From assembly GCA_043228905.1 (NCBI GenBank), contig JBHGNT010000009.1, positions 15,562,001 through 15,626,000 on the forward strand: a stretch of 64,000 bases of DNA, given 5' to 3'. The translations under genes were made by a program, and so were the position numbers. This document shows, piece by piece, positions 59,199 to 64,000 of this stretch (position 1 is the stretch's first letter; every line of letters begins with the position of its first letter). This stretch comes from Azolla caroliniana (lineage: Eukaryota > Plantae > Polypodiophyta). The notes under the pieces were generated by a model that was given only the letters and a program-made list of their open reading frames with translations, ran no database searches and was not told the origin of the DNA.

Positions 59199-62100
59199 CG
59201 TGGTGCTGCGTGTTCTTGAACTAGGAATTTGTGCATGCATTTAGTCCTTTTAATAGTGTCACTATCTTCTCGTTTTTTTTTTCCGTAACGGTTATATACA
59301 GCCTATTTTTACATTATGGTACAAGTGGGGCCGTCCTATTTACGCCGTGGGTTCTTCGGCTTTGTCCTGTTCGGCGGTGAATGGGTTAGGTGGCGTAGGG
59401 CCCAGGTAAGGTTTAAGACGAAACCCATTCACCTTTTGTCGTACCACTTCCCCAGCCAGCGTATCTAGTTGGAACGTGCCTTGTTCTGCTCCAATTATCC
59501 AGTACGGGCCGATCCAGCGGAATCGTAACTTCCCTGGCATATGGCCCATGTGGGTTTGGAAAATCAGCACCACTCGACCGATGACGAACTCCTTTTCCCT
59601 TGCGTTCCGATGTCGATCCACAAACGCTTTACGCCGTCGTTGTTCCTGCTCCAACACAGCCATGTTGTGTACACGTTTTTCCCCGAGTTCAAGTAGCTGG
59701 TGGAGCCGTACTTCCTCCGACTTGGCTTCCAATATTCGGTCCCGTACCTGAATCCGCAAATTGGGTACCTAAAATTCTACCGGCATCACAACCTCCAGCC
59801 CAAACGCTATTCAAAACAGTGTTGACTGTATGCTTGTTTTGTAGCTGGTTCTGTACGCCCATAATGCACTCTATAATTTGGTATCCCAGTCCGTTCTATT
59901 TTCATTGACGATTTTCTTCAAGATGGTCTGCAACGTCTTGTTTGTGAATTCCGCTAACCCATTCGCCTATGGATAATATGGCGTACTCTTCTTATGGACT
60001 ACGGCGTAATGATGTGTTAGTTCCCGAACCACCGTATTGAGAAAGTGACTCCCTTGGTCACTGATGAGCTCAATCAGACAGCCGAACCGGCACCAAATGT
60101 GCTCGTAAAGGAATCTCGCTGTGACGGCCGCCGTATTTTCTCGTAGTGCCTTTGCTTCTACCCACTTGGTGCAATAATCCGTGGCTACCAATATGTATTT
60201 ATTGCTCGTACGGGCTGCCGCCGGTGTGAAGGGGCCCACAAAATCCAATCCCCACTTTTGGAAGGGGTCTAGCGGTAATACGGGCTGGTGTGGCATCCTT
60301 GCGCCCTCCGTGGGCTGGCCCATCCGTTGACACAAATCACACTTTCTACAATACTCGGATGCGTCCTTCTGCGTTGTTGGCCACCATAAGCCCGCCTGCC
60401 ATATTTTCCGGGCTGTAACATCGCCCGCGTAATGGCGGCCTGTCGTGCCATAGTGCGCCTCTCGTAAAACTGCTTCTTTCTCATCCTGACGTACCCCACG
60501 TCGCCAAATGCCGTCACTTCCTTTGTGATATAAAACTCCTTCTATGAGGCAGAAGTTACGGCTTCGGACGACTAGACATTTCTTCTCGTCCGTGTGTAAT
60601 TGTGGTGGAGGCAGTCCCGTAGTAAAAAAGTATGTCATTTCCATAAGCCACCAGTCCGGAAAGGTCGATTCTGTTCTTTCTGCTAGTGCTGCTACCCGCA
60701 AGATGTCGGTGTTCGGAAAATCATCGTCATCTCTGTGTACTGTTTCTCCATTCTCGAGTTTGCTCAAAAAATCTGCCACTGCGTGTTGCATCCCTGGTCG
60801 GTGCTGGATTACAAAATCGAATTCTTGAAGCAGCAACATCCATCGCGCCAATTTCCCTGTCAGGGCTTGTTTCTCCACCAAATACAACAGCGCCGAATGA
60901 TCCACGTAGAACGTGAATTTCCTCCCTAGTAAATAATGCCGGAATTTATTGATGTTATAGATCATCCCTAGCGCCTCTCGCTCCGTTGTGGAATAGTTAC
61001 GCTCTGCTGTTGATAATTTGCAACTAGCGTAGTACACTGGCCGGTACCAGTTTGGTTCGGTGAGCTGCATTAGCGCACTTCCTATTGCTATGTCCGAGGC
61101 ATCGACGAACACGTGGAATGGCTTCGCTCAAACTGGTGGTTGTATGACGGGGGCCAGTGTGAGCATTATCTTAAGTGCCTCATAGGCCTTGTCCTCCGTT
61201 GCGGTCCATTGGAAGGGAGTCCGATGCACGGCAGCATGTAACGGCGTGGCGAAGTTCGCCAAATATCGTATCATCCGACTATGCCACCGTATTTGTCCTA
61301 AAAACCGGTCGAGTGATTTCGCGTTTGTTGGAGTTTTGGCTTGCGTAATCGTAGAGATCTTGTTCGGATCGACCGCTATTCCCTCCTTGCTGACTATATG
61401 GCCTAGGAGAGTCCCGCTGGTCACGCTGAAAGCACATTTCGCGGGATTCAGGCTTAAGCGTGCGGTGCGGCAACGTTCTAGGCACAGTTGCAGGTGCGTA
61501 AAATGGTCTATTGTTCTACCATATACCACAAAATCATCTAAAAAAACTTGCATGAATGCCGGAATGTATTCCCCAAAGATCTCCGTAATTGTCCGTTCAA
61601 ATGTTGCCGGCGCCGTCTTTAGCCCGAACATCATGACGACTGCCACATAGACTCCCCAGTCCGTGACAAATGTCGTCTTTTCTTGGTCCTCGGGATGCAT
61701 GCGTACCTGGTTATACCCACTGAAGCCATCTAAAAAACTGTACATCACATGTCCTGCAACCGCGTCCAGTACGCTATTGGTGAATGGTAAAGGGAATGCG
61801 TCCGTAATGGTTACGATGTTTAATTTTCGGTAATCCACGCATGCCTTAACGATTTATAATATAATACAAGTGCTTTTAAGATAATTAAATCAGGATAGAC
61901 AATGCCGAAATACCCGTATTTTGCCGTTTTTCTTTGGAATGACCACTATCGTACTTAACCATGTGGCTTGTTTAACTGGCCGTATGAACCCCGCCTTCAG
62001 GAGTTTGTCAATTTCTTCTTTTACACGGGTCGCGTAGTTCGGGTTCATGCAGTAGCGGCGCTGTTGGATGGGTTTTTCGTCGGTTGCTAAATTGATCTTA

Positions 62101-64000
62101 TGTTGATAGAACTTGGGATCTAACCCCTTCATGTCCTCGTGAGCCCAAGCGAACACATCTTTATATTTCTTGAGTAGTGCAATCATCGTGTTTCTCTGGT
62201 CCGGCCTTAATTCCTTTGTGATGGAGATGAAATGGGGTTCCGACTCCGTACCCACATTTACTTCTTCCAGGGCGGAGGCGGTGACTCGTCGTGAAATTTC
62301 CATTTCCCTTTCGAATGCCGCCCGTGCTCTACTAAGTTCCAATATGGACTCTGGGTTTGGTTCGTAAGCCTCGTCGTGGAGAATAGTGGCCGTGGCATAT
62401 TCTGCCGCGGTTGCGATGACGTCGATTTCGAACAGCGGAATGATCCGGGGTGCTCATCTAGGTATGCCTCTAATTCTGCATCCTCCACCCCAGCCAACAT
62501 ATTTATATCTTCTGCGTATAATGGTGTTATACCCTTGGGTTGTGGCGTGCTTCCTTCCGTAGGTACGCGAACCTTAGTGCATCCGTGTCGGAAACTGATA
62601 CACTTGTGTTGCCAACTCTGCTTGATATTTGCTGCCCGCAGCCATGGTCTGCCCAGAAGCACTAGGTATGCCCCTGGGGTGTCCAAGGCGAGGACGACCG
62701 CCGAGATGTCGAAGCGATGTCCGCCCACGATAATGCCTATCTTGCGAATTAACCCATATGGTCGTATTGAGCGGGTATCTGCCATTCGGAGCCAGAATGG
62801 GCAAGCCTCCCATTTTGAAATGCCTAACTGCTCGCAAGTTTTCTCGCTAATGACATTGACGCCTGAGCCGCCATCGATTACTCATCCAGAAATTTCTTGT
62901 TCATGTAATATTAATGTAATAGCCGGGTTGTGGTGATCCACTACAGGCGGTCCGTTGCTAACGTCTGTAAGGTTTCTAGCGACACTCACCCCGGGTATGC
63001 CCGTCACCCGTTCTTCCATGGTCTGGCGGAAACGTGGGACTAACTACAGCAGCTTCTCCATGGTTAATGTTATCTCGCAACCCGCTAATGCCTGCCAAAT
63101 GGGGTTTGGGATTGGTCCTTCTTCCTCCGCTCGCTCCCGCGTATTCGCGGATTCCTTTCGCATGCGCTCTGTATTGGTCACGTTTGCTTTTTCCACCCAT
63201 GCCTGGGCTTGTCGTCGTATCTCATCTTGCGTAGCCCAATCAACCGTTTTTGTTTGCTGGCGTGCCGTGACTTGCTGCACTTCCGCCGTAATCGTATTGA
63301 CGGCGGGCCCCTTGCCCTTGCGTGCTGGGCATTGCGTGGCATAATGTCCGGGCTGCTGACAAATAAAACAATGGATGCTTGATTCACCCTTCTTGGCTCC
63401 TGGTGGTGTGTACCGATCCCTTGGTGCGACTTGCTCCTCACGGTCCGGCCTTGTTTGTTGGAATGCACGCGGTGGTTGCTATTGGTCCCATCGTGGTTCT
63501 TGGTGTCGCTCATTTCCCGAGCTTTCGTCGTAACGCCGGTGATCTCGATATTGCCGCGGCTTCCCACGGTAACCATTGAAGCCGCCACGTTTGTTTGTCG
63601 GCCGATGATTCTCATAGCGCCGACCCCCTTTAGCATAACTCGGATGTCCACGATAATCCTCATCCTCTGGTTTGTCTTCCTCGGAATCGTTGTGATTTCG
63701 GCGATTCCGGTGGTGCCGGTCGTCACGTGGGTTGTGATCCACATACCGTGGTCGATCTTCTTGCCTCCTTTGTTCAGTACGGGGTGGGGGACGTTGTGTG
63801 TCCATGCTGCGGGCCGTGGGAGCGGCTCTGTTCAACATATTGTATTCGCATTGGTCGACTGTGTGAGCCTTCGAGTGGCAGATTGGGCAGTGGATTCGCA
63901 TGTTGCACTCCACTGCGGAATGCCCCGAGTTCAAGCAAATCGTGCACTGGATTGCTTGACGAAACTGGCGTTCCTCGTCTTGGGGTAACGCTTGTCATAA
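56562..64000 (-). mobile_element. Non-chromovirus Ty3/gypsy element (gag-PR-RT-RH-INT-eORF); 5' end beyond the window, 3' end truncated
   Basis: DYRKLN, YSFLDGFSGYNQ, VFLDDF, VDASDIAIG, ERNYSTTEREAL, WGLDFVGP, ISDQGSHF and WIGPY. No chromodomain seen. Homologous to 52481-56357. Confidence 0.95.

Overview
Land-plant nuclear DNA, most likely a large-genome fern or other non-seed plant (inferred from the TE lineages, microsatellites and intron style). There are two host genes. One is an intronless subfamily VIIIa bHLH, BONOBO-like (2543-4444, +). The other is a multi-exon FAM135/DUF676 serine-esterase-like gene (about 35311-47794, -) with a copia element and a hAT MITE in its introns. Most of the rest is a nested stack of LTR retrotransposons, and many target-site duplications (TSDs) can be read directly. 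It includes four copies of one Ty1/copia family, several solo LTRs, four pieces of a non-chromovirus Ty3/gypsy lineage with an extra 3' ORF, and a second gypsy lineage with fungal-type RT motifs. The main finding is in the extra-ORF gypsy lineage. In both copies where the junction survives, there is no polypurine tract (PPT) before the 3' LTR. In its place is a sense copy of what looks like a tRNA-Arg(UCU) 3' half ending in CCA, 2 nt from the LTR and split by a small hairpin with one compensatory base pair. Together with the normal tRNA-Arg primer-binding site (PBS) after the 5' LTR, this suggests both DNA strands are tRNA-primed. tRNA and protein-family matches are from recalled consensus sequences and need database confirmation.
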